From an uncultured Bacilli bacterium (lineage in GTDB: Bacteria > Bacillota_I > Bacilli_A > RF39 > UBA660), in assembly GCA_944368805.1 (NCBI GenBank), contig CALVXC010000003.1, positions 1-53,852 on the forward strand: a stretch of DNA of 53,852 bases, in the 5' to 3' direction. Numbering within the stretch: position 1 is the first letter of the stretch; each line of letters begins with the position of its first letter. The notes beneath the pieces are model-generated. The model was not told the DNA's origin and ran no database searches. It saw only the letters and a program-made list of their open reading frames with translations. Below, piece after piece: positions 45,340-53,852 of the stretch. Both the position numbers and the translations under genes were made by a program.

Positions 45340-45881
45340 ATTGCTGTAACAATTAACCTTTTATTAGGGTCATTAGTACAAGTAATTAAAGTTAATAACT
45401 TTTGATCAGTTACTGTTTTTAAAACAGAACTATCATTTTTTAAAGTTTCATATTTATTATTGACAATGTATTCATATTTCTTTTTACTTTTAATAATTAT
45501 TTTAGAACCTATATTAATTTGATGAAGTTTGTTAAAAACATGTTTAACATTGTGACCAGCTAATATTAGATTACCAGTTTCACTATCAAAATCACCAGCT
45601 ACTAAGCCAACATAATATTTATCTAATGTTTCTTCTTTAGCGTCATTATAAATAATCCTTTTAATATCAAATTCAGGAATAATAATATATTTTAAATTAT
45701 CATAAGTATTAGTTTTTCCATGATAGAAATCACGATTAATAATATCATTATGTTGATTTATATTTTTTTGTTTTTTGATATGATTATATCCGAGTATCCA
45801 AAAAGAACTTAAAATAAGAACAATACTTAAAAAAAAGATTAACTTTTTCTTAATAAATAAATTCCTAAACATAAAAGACAA
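45312..45881 (-). CDS. sortase (class D/A-like)
   Basis: N-terminal TM, LAGHN (His), TLITC (Cys), KRLIVTA (Arg). Overlaps the upstream substrate gene by 43 nt. Confidence 0.85.
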   Translation of the reverse strand: MSFMFRNLFIKKKLIFFLSIVLILSSFWILGYNHIKKQKNINQHNDIINRDFYHGKTNTYDNLKYIIIPEFDIKRIIYNDAKEETLDKYYVGLVAGDFDSETGNLILAGHNVKHVFNKLHQINIGSKIIIKSKKKYEYIVNNKYETLKNDSSVLKTVTDQKLLTLITCTNDPNKRLIVTAIKKTDYETS

Positions 45882-46717
45882 ATACTACTAATGTTTTTGT
45901 TTATATCAGTATTTTCTGTATTAGGTAAAACATCTTCGATTACTTCGGGTTGTTTTTCTTCTTCGATAGTTATTTTAAATTTACTTTCTAATAAAATATC
46001 ATTACCTAACAGACCAATTGTTTGATGGTTAGCTGATGAATAGATTAAATTGCTTTTATTTTCATTATTTTTGTGTTCTAATTTAATTTCATAATCACCA
46101 CTTTTACTAGCTTTGATAATTAATTTATTATCTTTTTTACTAATTTCTAAGTCATCAATTGGAATAATATCATAATATTTTAAAGTATTAGTTTTATCTT
46201 CTAAAACAATTTCCTCATTTATTTTTCCTTTAACGCTTTGATTTATAAATGGTTTGTTTTCAATTAGGTATTCAATTTCCTTTTTGTATTTGTCAATATC
46301 TATTTTATTACCATTAGGATACTCTTGATCAGTCCAATAAAAATCTTTGTTATAAATTTTTTCCCAGATTAATTCTTGAGCTGCCATATAGTAGTATTCA
46401 TCTTTATGACTAGCAAAACCATATCCAAAATGTGCGACTAAATTGATATAATTTATTTCTTCTTCAGTTAAATTTTGCTCTAAATATGTCTCATCTATCG
46501 CATATTTTCCTTCACCAGTTGCGATTAATAAACTAGGATCTAAACAATAAGCTAAATTTTTATCAGCGTAAATATAACCTAGTTGACCAGATAAAACTTG
46601 ATTATTTACTGGTCTGTTAGAATAAACATTGTCAATATAATCTACTTCAATATTGATAGCTTTGATACTAAATGGTAGTAAAAACAGTAAGCTAGTAAAA
46701 ATAAATATTTTTTTCAT
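45839..46717 (-). CDS. secreted thioester-domain (TQXA-type) protein with an LPNTE sorting signal
   Basis: Signal peptide ...FSIKA/IN. Cys in LAYCLDP and Gln in MAAQELIWE. C-terminal LPNTEN plus a hydrophobic stretch plus RKS. Confidence 0.8.
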   Translation of the reverse strand: MKKIFIFTSLLFLLPFSIKAINIEVDYIDNVYSNRPVNNQVLSGQLGYIYADKNLAYCLDPSLLIATGEGKYAIDETYLEQNLTEEEINYINLVAHFGYGFASHKDEYYYMAAQELIWEKIYNKDFYWTDQEYPNGNKIDIDKYKKEIEYLIENKPFINQSVKGKINEEIVLEDKTNTLKYYDIIPIDDLEISKKDNKLIIKASKSGDYEIKLEHKNNENKSNLIYSSANHQTIGLLGNDILLESKFKITIEEEKQPEVIEDVLPNTENTDINKNISSICLLCLGIYLLRKS

Positions 46718-47289
46718 AAAACCTCCCTTCTATAAATAACAATATCAAAGAAAGCTTATAAAAACAAATACAAGATTTTGATTATATTTATTATTTATTA
46801 ATATAAAAAGATAAAATTATCTTAAACATTTAATTATTCTTGAAATTATAAATGTCATTTTTGTAATTTTTGACAAATAATGAAAAAGATTGTAATTTTA
46901 GAAAAACAATGTTAGAATATAAATTAGATAGTGTGAAAAGTTTTATAGAAAACAAATTAAACTAGATGAAAATGATATTAAGATGATAATCTTAATATAA
47001 ATATCTATTGAAAAATAAAAAAAGATCTTTGAAAAATATAATTAATAAAGAATGAGAAAAACAATTTAAAAATAATAATTAGTGATATAATTTTAGATGT
47101 TACATTACCTCGACTCTATGTTTTTTCTTTAATATTATATTGAGTAATGTAAAATGAAATTCTATAAAAAATATATTATCAAAAGAGAATGATTGGTAAG
47201 AAATATAGAAATTCATTGAAATATAAAGGGGAAATAAGCGGTAGTGTATGAAACTATTTACACTACTTATATAGTTGGGAGATGCTTAT

Positions 47290-47832
47290 ATGAAAGAAGA
47301 TAAATTTAAAGAATTAGAGACTAAGCAATTACTTCTTAGAAAAATAAATGATGAAGATGCTAAAATGTTATTTGATAATATTTTTAATAATTTTGATTAT
47401 TATAAATTTTATTATCAATTACCATTTAATAGTTTTGAAGAATATCAACAGTTAGTGTTCAAGTACAAGAATTGGTATGCCAATGGAAATCATTTCAGAT
47501 GGGGAATTGTTGAAAAAGCAAGTGGCGAAATGATTGGTTTAATGCAAATTCATAGTAAGGATGAGCTAAATAATAATTGTAAAATTGGATATATTATTGG
47601 TTATCACTATAATAAAAAAGGATATGCAAGAGAAGCTGTAAAAGAAATGATTACTTTTGCTTTTAATGTTATAGGGTATCATAGAATAGAAGCAGAGATT
47701 GTAGAAGAAAATGTAAATTCTATAAAATTAGCGGAAAGTTTAGGAATGCATTTTGAGTCTACAAAACAAGAAAGCTATAAATTAGGAAATCAATATTATA
47801 ATCAAAAAGTATATACGTTGTTAAAAAAATAA
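47290..47832 (+). CDS. GNAT family N-acetyltransferase (RimJ/RimL-like)
   Basis: LLLRKINDEDA...RWGIVEK...IGYIIGYHYNKKGYAREAVKEMITFAF...HRIEAEIVEENVNSIKLAESLGM. ATG 47290 behind GGGAGA. Confidence 0.85.
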   Translation: MKEDKFKELETKQLLLRKINDEDAKMLFDNIFNNFDYYKFYYQLPFNSFEEYQQLVFKYKNWYANGNHFRWGIVEKASGEMIGLMQIHSKDELNNNCKIGYIIGYHYNKKGYAREAVKEMITFAFNVIGYHRIEAEIVEENVNSIKLAESLGMHFESTKQESYKLGNQYYNQKVYTLLKK

Positions 47833-48117
47833 CCTAGTTATAAATAGGTTATTCTTTTAAATTTTCTCTTCTCGCTGAAAAAAGAATATTTACTAGTGAT
47901 TTCGTTTTTATTTTTCTCAATTAATTAGTATATAAGGAGAGAAAAAGATCGTTTTTAGAAATTATTTTTAGTTTTTATTGTGGACTCATTTTTGTGGGAG
48001 TTTAATAAAATAACTAAGTATATGTTATAATAAATAAACACATGAATTATTATATTGATAATGTAATTAGTTTTACATAAAACTTTTCACATTACTATAA
48101 ATTATAAGAGGTGAAGT

Positions 48118-48846
48118 ATGAAAATTGGTGTCTTTGATTCTGGATTAGGAGGGTTGACTGTTTTAAAAGAATTAATAAGTGAGTACCCTAATAATGAATA
48201 TATATATTTTGGTGATACAATTAATTTACCATATGGGAATAAAAGTAAGAAACAATTGTTAACATTTGTTGATAAGATTATTAAATTTTTTAAAGATGAA
48301 GAGGTAGACTTAATCATTGTTGCATGTGGTACTAGTAGTTCGAATATTTATTTTGATATTAAAGATAAATACCACGTTCCTATTATAGATATTTTGAGTC
48401 CAACAATTAATTATCTTTTAAGTTGTAATAATAAAAAAATAGGGGTAATGGGAACCGAGATGTTAATAAAAAGTAAGTATTTTGATAAATATTTAAAAAA
48501 TAAAGAAGTTGTTAGTGTTAAAGCACCTAAATTAGTACCTTTAATAGAAAAAGGTGAAATTAATTCTTTAGAAATGCAAACAACTTTAAAAGAATATTTA
48601 AAAGTTTTTGATGAAAATATGATTTTAGTATTAGGATGTACTCATTATCCTTTGTTAGCTGAAAAAATATTAAAGATAAAAAAATTAAAGTTAATTGATA
48701 TGGGAAAAGTGTTAAGTAAGCATATTAATTTAACTAATAAAGGACAGTTTAAAATAAAACTTTATTTTAGTAAAGTGGATGCAACGCTTTTAAAAAACGT
48801 TAAACAAATTTTTAATGATTGTAAATTATATGAGAAAAAGTTGTAA
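48118..48846 (+). CDS. murI: glutamate racemase
   Basis: IGVFDSGLGGLTVLKEL, IVACGTSS and LGCTHYPLL (the two catalytic Cys regions). Confidence 0.92.
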   Translation: MKIGVFDSGLGGLTVLKELISEYPNNEYIYFGDTINLPYGNKSKKQLLTFVDKIIKFFKDEEVDLIIVACGTSSSNIYFDIKDKYHVPIIDILSPTINYLLSCNNKKIGVMGTEMLIKSKYFDKYLKNKEVVSVKAPKLVPLIEKGEINSLEMQTTLKEYLKVFDENMILVLGCTHYPLLAEKILKIKKLKLIDMGKVLSKHINLTNKGQFKIKLYFSKVDATLLKNVKQIFNDCKLYEKKL

Positions 48847-48857
48847 GGTGGTGAAGT

Positions 48858-49682
48858 ATGCCAGAATTACCGGAAGTTGAAACAGTTAAGGAAACTTTAA
48901 AAACGAAAGTAATAAATAAAAAAATAAAAGATGTAGTTATTAATTATGATAATATTATTGAATTTCCTAGTGTTGAAAAGTTTGTTAAACAAATAGTTAA
49001 ACAAACAATTATTGATGTTAAAAGAAGAGGCAAATGGTTAATGTTTGAGCTTGATGATTATTATTTATTATCCCATTTACGAATGGAAGGTAAATTTAAT
49101 TTAAAAAATGATGGTGATCAAATCAATAAACATGAACATGTTATTTTTAAATTTACTAATGGACAAGAATTACGTTATCAAGATACTAGAAAATTTGGGA
49201 AAATGCATTTGATTAAGAAAGATGAAGTTTATAATCAAAAGCCATTAAATGAATTAGGTTTAGAACCATTTGATCCAAATTTAACTACTAAGTATTTAAA
49301 AGAAAAGTTTAAGAAAAAAACTTTACCTATTAAAACAGCCTTATTAGATCAAAGTATTATCGTAGGTATTGGAAATATTTATGCGGATGAAATATTGTTT
49401 TTAAGTAAAATTAATCCTTTAAAAAAAGCTTCTTTATTAACTATTGATGATTGTAATTTGATTATTAAAAATACTCAAAAAGTTTTAAAACAAGCTATTA
49501 TTGATGGTGGAACAACGATTAGAAGTTATACTTCTAGTGAAGGAGTTCATGGGAGATTTCAACAAAATTTATTAGTTCATACTAAAGAAGGTGAAAAATG
49601 TCTTAATTGTGGACATTTAATTGTTAAAATTAAAGTAAATGGTCGAGGAACTTATTATTGTCCTGATTGTCAAAAACTTTAA
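48858..49682 (+). CDS. mutM: formamidopyrimidine-DNA glycosylase
   Basis: N-terminal MPELPEVE, H2TH region, C-terminal zinc finger CLNCG...CPDCQ. Confidence 0.95.
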   Translation: MPELPEVETVKETLKTKVINKKIKDVVINYDNIIEFPSVEKFVKQIVKQTIIDVKRRGKWLMFELDDYYLLSHLRMEGKFNLKNDGDQINKHEHVIFKFTNGQELRYQDTRKFGKMHLIKKDEVYNQKPLNELGLEPFDPNLTTKYLKEKFKKKTLPIKTALLDQSIIVGIGNIYADEILFLSKINPLKKASLLTIDDCNLIIKNTQKVLKQAIIDGGTTIRSYTSSEGVHGRFQQNLLVHTKEGEKCLNCGHLIVKIKVNGRGTYYCPDCQKL

Positions 49683-49694
49683 GGGAGGTAAGTT

Positions 49695-50117
49695 ATGATA
49701 GATATATCTGGTTTAAATGATGAGGAGTTAAAAGAATATTGTAGAATGTTTAATTATCAAATTAATAGTTATTTTCAAGATTTAGAAAATAATGAATTTT
49801 TTGATAATTATTGTAAGATTATTAATACGGTTGCTAATGGTATAGTAATTAGTAATTTGATTAGTAATCCAAGTTTTTTAAATAGTTCTTTTTTAACAAT
49901 AACATGTCTTTTAACTGCTTTTACTCATACAAAAAACCGAACAATTAGAAATAAGATTATAGATAAGCTAAAAATTACTAGAGATATGTTGTCTTGTTTA
50001 GAAAACAGTTCTGTTTTAAATATTAAACAAGAATACAAACCAAAACAAAAAATTTTGCAAAGAACGCATTATTATAATGGAGAAATTACTGAAAAACATT
50101 TAGAAAAACCTATTTAA
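49695..50117 (+). CDS. hypothetical protein (140 aa)
   Basis: ATG behind GGGAGG. One or two hydrophobic segments. No recognised motif. Confidence 0.5.
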   Translation: MIDISGLNDEELKEYCRMFNYQINSYFQDLENNEFFDNYCKIINTVANGIVISNLISNPSFLNSSFLTITCLLTAFTHTKNRTIRNKIIDKLKITRDMLSCLENSSVLNIKQEYKPKQKILQRTHYYNGEITEKHLEKPI

Positions 50118-51243
50118 TAATAGGCTTTTTTTGATATTCATCTTTAATTAGTTTTTGTTTATCTTTTTCGTCTAAAATAGATGCATAAACAGAAGTTATT
50201 CTTAGTTCTAAATCTAATAATTTATTATATTTAGTTATAATTGGTATTTCAATTTCTTTTTTTACTTGATTTAAGTATTTTTGACCTAAAGAGTTAAATC
50301 CTAGAGGTCTAATATAATTTATTTTGGTGTATTTTAAAGCTTCTTCTTTAGTAAAATTGCACAAAATATGAACTAACATCCGACTGATTTTATTATAAGT
50401 ATATCTTTTTGTTTTAACGTTATTTATGAGTTCACTTATTGAGTTAGAATTTACTATAAATTTTTTTAAACGGTTTTCAATTCCTTCATCAACGGTTAAA
50501 TATTTTTCAAGATGATCTTCACTTAAAATTTTGTATTTTAATAAATTAAAATAATCATCAATAAAAATTGGCTTTGTTAAGTATTTAGTAGTTATTTTAG
50601 GAACGTAATTTTTAATATCTTGTTTATTTTTTAAAGCTAATCTTATACTTTTCGCACTTGTAATTTTACCATTTAGTTTTTCACTATGATAATCATTAGT
50701 TCTTTTAATGGTAAGAGGAGTAATTTTACTGTTTAGTTTTTTAATTTCTTTTATATAACTAATACCTAAAATATCATTAGGAGTATTAATTTCAATATTA
50801 TTTGTTTCTTTTAGAGCTTTAGCTAGAGCTTTAGGATAATTGATACCTTCTTTTAAATTTTGTTTAACTTTTTTGTTATATTGATCTGTTAATTGATACG
50901 TAGCTAGTTTATTCAAAAGATCAATATCGTTTAATTCACTACCAAAAATAAGTTTATCTACTTTAAGATGATTTAAAATAGTAATCGCTCCTTTAGCAAA
51001 TATATCTGCACTTTGAGTAGAAAAACAAAAAGGTAGTTCAATTACTAAATCAATTCCTAAATCTAAAGCTATTTTTGTTTTATCCCATTTATTAATCATA
51101 CTAACTTCACCACGTTGTAAAAAACTTGAACTCATAACTAAAATCACTGTATAGTCTTTACACATTTTTTTAACTTGTTTTAAATGGTATAAATGACCAT
51201 TGTGAAAGGGATTATATTCACAAATAATTCCAACAGCTTTCAT
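50110..51243 (-). CDS. tmcAL: tRNA(Met) cytidine acetate ligase (YlbM/TmcAL nucleotidyltransferase)
   Basis: MKAVGIICEYNPFHNGHLYHLKQ N-terminus. About 380 aa. Divergent from yceD-rpmF, as in Bacillus. Confidence 0.88.
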   Translation of the reverse strand: MKAVGIICEYNPFHNGHLYHLKQVKKMCKDYTVILVMSSSFLQRGEVSMINKWDKTKIALDLGIDLVIELPFCFSTQSADIFAKGAITILNHLKVDKLIFGSELNDIDLLNKLATYQLTDQYNKKVKQNLKEGINYPKALAKALKETNNIEINTPNDILGISYIKEIKKLNSKITPLTIKRTNDYHSEKLNGKITSAKSIRLALKNKQDIKNYVPKITTKYLTKPIFIDDYFNLLKYKILSEDHLEKYLTVDEGIENRLKKFIVNSNSISELINNVKTKRYTYNKISRMLVHILCNFTKEEALKYTKINYIRPLGFNSLGQKYLNQVKKEIEIPIITKYNKLLDLELRITSVYASILDEKDKQKLIKDEYQKKPIIK

Positions 51244-51334
51244 AATATCACCACTTATATAATAACATATTTTAGTAATATATGCTTGAAATATTTATTA
51301 ACATTATGTATAATGTTAATATTGAGGTGAATTT

Positions 51335-51814
51335 ATGAATATAAATTTATTAAGCTTGAAAAGTGGTAGTGATAAAGAGATTATTATCGATCAAAGTTTT
51401 TCTTTCCCTCAAAGTGATTTAACGAAAGTAGGTATTTTAAAACTCGATAATGGTTGGGTTAAAGGCTCAATTAGTAAAAATAGTTTGAATGATATAATTA
51501 TAAATTTAAATATTAAAGGAACAATGGTTTTACCTTGTTCGAGGTCTTTAGAACCTGTTGATTATCCTTTTGAGGTAAAAATAGATGGTGATTTAAATCA
51601 AATTTGTGAAGAAATTGGTCAAAAAATCGGAAAAATGGAAAATTCTATTGATATTTTGCCAATAATATGGGAAAATATATTAATGGAAATTCCTATGCGA
51701 ATTGTCAGCGATAAAGCCTTGGATATGCCTATTAAAGGTGATGGATGGCGTTTAATTACTGATCAAGAGGAAGAAGTTAATCCAGAATTTATGAAATTAA
51801 AAGATTTATTATAA
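51335..51814 (+). CDS. yceD: YceD/DUF177 family ribosome-associated protein
   Basis: Conserved position upstream of rpmF. CSRSLEPV motif. Acidic C-terminus. Confidence 0.85.
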   Translation: MNINLLSLKSGSDKEIIIDQSFSFPQSDLTKVGILKLDNGWVKGSISKNSLNDIIINLNIKGTMVLPCSRSLEPVDYPFEVKIDGDLNQICEEIGQKIGKMENSIDILPIIWENILMEIPMRIVSDKALDMPIKGDGWRLITDQEEEVNPEFMKLKDLL

Positions 51815-51829
51815 GAAAGAGGTGTAATA

Positions 51830-52036
51830 ATGAAATTAGATATTCAACGTTTTGCCGTACCATTTAGAAAAACTAGTAAAACTAGAAAAAGAATGCGTCG
51901 TACTCATTATAAAATAAGTGAAGCTGGTACAACGAAATGTCCTAAATGCGGTAGTGTGATTAAACCACATCGTGTTTGTCCAGAATGTGGAACTTATAAA
52001 AATAAAGAAGTTAAAAAAATTGAAGAAACAGCTTAA
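51830..52036 (+). CDS. rpmF: 50S ribosomal protein L32 with an 8-residue N-terminal extension
   Basis: [20 protein letters not shown] and the CPKCG...CPECG zinc ribbon. The only in-frame start is ATG 51830, 5 nt after AAGAGGTG, giving MKLDIQRF before the usual N-terminus. Confidence 0.95.
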   Translation: MKLDIQRFAVPFRKTSKTRKRMRRTHYKISEAGTTKCPKCGSVIKPHRVCPECGTYKNKEVKKIEETA

Positions 52037-52080
52037 TAGTTGTTTTTTTGTTAATCTTACAATTTTTAATATTTAATTTA

Positions 52081-52109
52081 TTTACAAATTTAAAAAAAAT
52101 ATATATAAT
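52081..52109 (+). promoter_or_regulatory. promoter of the pilin-like gene
   Basis: TTTACA (52081-52086), 17-nt spacer, TATAAT (52104-52109). Confidence 0.55.
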
Positions 52110-52131
52110 GTTTTATAAGGATAGGTGTTAT

Positions 52132-52518
52132 ATGAAAGCAAATGGATTTACTTTAGTAGAAATATTGGGTGTTGTTGTTATTTTATCGTTAATTGTTATT
52201 TTAGCTTTCCCATCAATTATTGAAAATATTAGAAAATCTGAAACAGAAATAAGTGATGCGACGATGTTATTAGTTGAAAGTGCAGCTGATCTTTATATGG
52301 AAAATAATAAAACAGATTATCCTTCAGAAGAAGGAAATGTTTATTGTATAGCTCTAAGTGATTTAGTAAAAAGTGGTCAGTTACGTAAACCTTTTATTGA
52401 TACAACCACAAAAGAAGAGATTGATGTTGATATTAATTCTGTTCAAGTGGAGATAAAAACTGACGATAATATATATGAAATTGTTAAAAATGATAGTTGT
52501 AGTGAAATTAGAAAATAA
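52132..52518 (+). CDS. type IV pilin / ComGC-like prepilin with an N-terminal methylation motif
   Basis: MKANG/FTLVEILGVVVILSLIVILAF class III signal (Gly-1, Phe+1, Glu+5). Two Cys near the C-terminus. ATG 52132 behind AAGGATAGG; the ORF track starts at 52048. Confidence 0.8.
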   Translation: MKANGFTLVEILGVVVILSLIVILAFPSIIENIRKSETEISDATMLLVESAADLYMENNKTDYPSEEGNVYCIALSDLVKSGQLRKPFIDTTTKEEIDVDINSVQVEIKTDDNIYEIVKNDSCSEIRK

Positions 52519-52544
52519 AAATTCTCAGGAAAGAGAATTTTTTT
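52517..52544. terminator. bidirectional terminator
   Basis: AAATTCTC-AGGAAA-GAGAATTT with a flanking A run and T run, between convergent genes. Confidence 0.7.
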
Positions 52545-53682
52545 AATTAGTATAACGAATATTTTCATTAGAAATATTAAAGATAATTCCGGCCATTAAC
52601 ATATAGCTTAATAAACTAGAACCGCCATAACTAATGAAAGGTAAGGTAATGCCGGTAATTGGCATTAGACCAAAAGTCATTCCGATATTTTGAAGTTGTT
52701 GGTATAAAAGCATTCCTACAATACCACTAATGACATATTTATTAACATTGGAATTACTTTTAATAGCTAATAATATTAAACGAATATCAAAAAATAAAAT
52801 TAAAGATAATAAAATAGTTGAACCGATAAAACCAAAGTTACTAGCAAAAACTGCAAAGATAAAATCAGTTTGTGGTTCTGGGAAATAAATAGGAGTATTA
52901 CCTAAACCATAACCAGTTAGACCTCCAGAACCAATCGCACTGATACCATTTTCTAATTGGTAACCACTTTTACTAGACCAATCTAGTAATCTGTCAATTC
53001 TTAAAAAGAAATCAGTACCAAATATTTTGATAAACAAATCGGTATTAATAAAATAAATTATTAAAACAGAGGCGATTATTAAAGCAACAATGAAAAAAAG
53101 TAGAGCAAACCATCTAAATCTAATTCCTGAAATAAAAAGCATGACAATAGTTATCAATAAGTAAATTAAAACGACACCGGTATCAGGTTGGAGGAAAGTT
53201 AAAATACTTGGAATTAAAACAATTATGGCAATTTTAATTAAAAATTTAAATTCATCACCAATAGTTGGGTTACTGTTTTCTTCATTAAACTTGTGAATGG
53301 TTGTTCCTAAAGTTAAAATTAAAATTATTTTCATAAATTCACTTGGTTGAATTGTACCAATACCAGGAATTGTAAACCAACATTTAGCATCGTTAATAGG
53401 TGTCCCGAAAAATAGTAACAAAATTAAGGATAATACACCAATTCCATATAAAATCCAAACATTTTTATATATAAAATTATTTCCAATAAACATGATAAAA
53501 TAAGCTAAAACAAAACCGACTACATACCAAATAGCCTGTTTAATTGCTAAGCCGTCTAAATAGGTTGGTAACAATTTTTCAGCACTATTGATAGTAAAGA
53601 TACTTATAATAGCAAATAATATTAATGGTATTAATATGTATTTATCAACTTTATATTTGGAAATCTTTTTCATTGCTTTCAC
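52543..53682 (-). CDS. SEDS family peptidoglycan polymerase (FtsW/RodA/SpoVE)
   Basis: 379-aa polytopic protein. QPSEFMKI, PDTG, PEPQTDFIF and LPFISYGGSS motifs are characteristic of SEDS proteins. Confidence 0.92.
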   Translation of the reverse strand: MKAMKKISKYKVDKYILIPLILFAIISIFTINSAEKLLPTYLDGLAIKQAIWYVVGFVLAYFIMFIGNNFIYKNVWILYGIGVLSLILLLFFGTPINDAKCWFTIPGIGTIQPSEFMKIILILTLGTTIHKFNEENSNPTIGDEFKFLIKIAIIVLIPSILTFLQPDTGVVLIYLLITIVMLFISGIRFRWFALLFFIVALIIASVLIIYFINTDLFIKIFGTDFFLRIDRLLDWSSKSGYQLENGISAIGSGGLTGYGLGNTPIYFPEPQTDFIFAVFASNFGFIGSTILLSLILFFDIRLILLAIKSNSNVNKYVISGIVGMLLYQQLQNIGMTFGLMPITGITLPFISYGGSSLLSYMLMAGIIFNISNENIRYTN

Positions 53683-53852
53683 CCATTAATTATATTACAC
53701 CAAAACTAATTTTTATACAATATTTCTGCCAAAATATAACAATATTTTGGTAGAAAATTTTTAAATTATATCTTATCGTTGAATCAAACTAAAGTGCACA
53801 AATAAGTGCAATATTATAACAATAGTGTGTTTTCAAAGGAAAATGCACAATT

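Noticed and set aside
48102-48317. 71-aa ORF antisense to the start of murI
   Set aside because: It lies opposite the conserved N-terminus of glutamate racemase.
1-53852. Possibility of a Mollicutes-type code (TGA = Trp), given the extreme AT richness
   Set aside because: TGA terminates conserved genes at their expected lengths (ogt at 3229-3231, yabG at 18101-18103, yabQ). Trp is encoded by TGG throughout, and no conserved protein is interrupted by TGA.
53683-53852. Short repeats of GTGCA/TGCAC and a 9-bp hairpin (CCAAAATAT-AACA-ATATTTTGG) upstream of the SEDS gene, considered as an operator
   Set aside because: The repeats are only 5-6 bp in AT-rich DNA and the window ends here, so the context is insufficient to support a call.

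Overview
This is a 53.9-kb chromosomal window from a very AT-rich bacterium (roughly 25-30% GC by eye, not computed). It is most likely a spore-forming member of the Bacillota. That call rests on PolC, the RNA polymerase delta subunit, yabG-veg-spoVG, yabP-yabQ-divIC, gerQ, a Ser T-box and two sortase loci. The genetic code is standard, because TGA terminates conserved genes such as ogt and yabG. The window is densely coding and mostly housekeeping. It holds rimP-nusA-rnpM-infB, argS, rpoE, prfA-prmC, polC, rpsD, serS, murI, mutM, tmcAL, yceD-rpmF, a class A PBP and a SEDS protein. Accessory content is a detoxification/repair cluster (YjbR, VOC, YbaK, ogt, ArsC-family), a heterodimeric ABC exporter, an ATPase/double-FtsX permease/ATPase transporter, an orphan ATP-grasp gene and several orphan proteins. 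I saw no rRNA, tRNA, CRISPR array, transposase or integrase. Six things deserve a second look. (1) A class B sortase carries a predicted cytoplasmic N-terminal extension of about 380 aa that is internally duplicated. It sits divergent to an NPNTS-anchored, thioester-domain-like protein. (2) The stalk of that protein is three 33-aa repeats with a C-x9-C / C-x10-C spacing resembling CHCH hairpins, and its thioester Gln position reads Lys. (3) Ribosomal protein L32 has an N-terminal extension, MKLDIQRF, that mimics the Prp-cleaved propeptide of L27. (4) A second sortase locus encodes a canonical Cys/Gln thioester protein with an LPNTE signal. (5) A MacB-like transporter appears fully asymmetric. 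(6) The nusA operon is rearranged, with an N-domain-only RimP, a leader terminator, and an orphan gene translationally coupled to infB. All family assignments come from motif recognition by eye. No database search was run.
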